A DNA stretch of 64,000 nt from Azolla caroliniana (Eukaryota; Plantae; Polypodiophyta), in NCBI GenBank assembly GCA_043228905.1, contig JBHGNT010000005.1:14508001-14572000 (forward strand), given 5' to 3'. Of this stretch, positions 63,292 to 64,000 are shown in pieces. Below the pieces are notes generated by a model. It searched no databases and was not told the DNA's origin. It worked only from the letters and a program-made list of their open reading frames with translations. How positions within the stretch are numbered: position 1 is the first letter of the stretch; the number at the start of each line of letters is the position of its first letter. Both the position numbers and the translations under genes were made by a program.

Positions 63292-63644
63292 GCAGGTGGA
63301 CTCGATAGGGTTTAGCAACAGTGGTAGTAACTAACCCACAATACTCAACTAGAGATGGCCTACGTGATGTGGCAAAGGATCATGCATAATGGACCTAGGA
63401 ATTCGATATATAATTTATGGTACACATTTATGGTGCACACATCAATTTATGTTGCACATTTATGGCACTCATTTACATATGTAATTGAAACACTCTAGTA
63501 TTTTGAATGGTAGTTTTTTACATACTTAATTTATTAATGATGGCTTTTTACTAAAATGACTATTTATCAATGGCTAATTGCATAGCTAATTAGCTATGTC
63601 AAGGACATAGCTAATTGTTTCCACTCGCATGCTTTCACCCATAA

Positions 63645-63844
63645 CTTAACACTAATTTGTCCATTTCACATGTAGTAAAATGCATTCGGAATCTCTTGAA
63701 GACATCCATCTTCTCGTACCAAGATATTAAGTTAATATAAAATAGTATCTTCACTACCATTGTTTCATGTATTGTGTGAAGAACCACACTCAATTTTGGA
63801 CATTCCTCACAATTTTCACACCATTGGCGAAAATCTTCACAACA
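63645..63844 (-). mobile_element. Remaining piece of the interrupted Trp-family LTR
   Basis: Ends GAAAATCTTCACAACA, like the solo LTR end at 4376. Confidence 0.85.
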
Positions 63845-64000
63845 CCGGAATATCGAAACCCAGTTAACAACATTCTTGTTCTGGAACATGATTCCAATCT
63901 TCTCCCAGAGTTCATGAGCCTTACTTTCTTCATTGAAGTTGTTGTACAACGTCATGTTGATGAAGCACCGGATGTATGTCGTCGTCTTCATGTGCATCAC
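63845..64000 (-). pseudogene. Copia gag fragment (family of the 27270 element)
   Basis: MHMKTTTYIRCFI...AHELWEKI matches ORF 27149-27544. Confidence 0.8.

Larger units (their letters stand above)
30862..63640 (-). mobile_element. Sola2-like TIR DNA transposon (~10.3 kb net, 32.8 kb with nested LTR elements)
   Basis: TIRs GGGTAAAAGCATGCGAGTGGAAACA (30862-30886) and TGTTTCCACTCGCATGCTTTCACCC (63616-63640), 24/25 match; TSD ATAA; host LTR is restored on removal; transposase motifs DFAENY, SDG..SQFK, WNFFGSGHGKGEHDG. Confidence 0.85.

Overview
Gene-free, heterochromatin-like eukaryotic DNA made almost entirely of nested transposons. The element types suggest a non-seed land plant (fern, lycophyte or bryophyte; inference). 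No host gene or RNA gene is evident. Bases 1-30.8 kb are a pile of solo LTRs, a foldback, a hAT MITE, and decayed Ty1/copia and Ty3/gypsy elements. Bases 30862-63640 are one TIR-bounded DNA transposon (25-bp TIRs starting GGG, 4-bp TSD ATAA) with a Sola2-type transposase, about 10.3 kb long once two nested LTR blocks are removed. It carries a second, convergent spliced gene with a RING-H2 finger, followed by a catalytically altered FCP1/NIF-like domain. One intron in each gene is filled with the same TAGCTAATTAGCTA palindrome found at the element ends. Two young nests sit inside it: copia-in-chromovirus and chromovirus-in-copia. The chromovirus LTRs share Tf1-type self-priming, a U3-R hairpin, a heat-shock element and an antisense tRNA-like Pol III (A/B box) cassette. 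A similar cassette occurs in an unrelated tRNA-Trp-primed LTR family. All calls were made by eye, without database searches.
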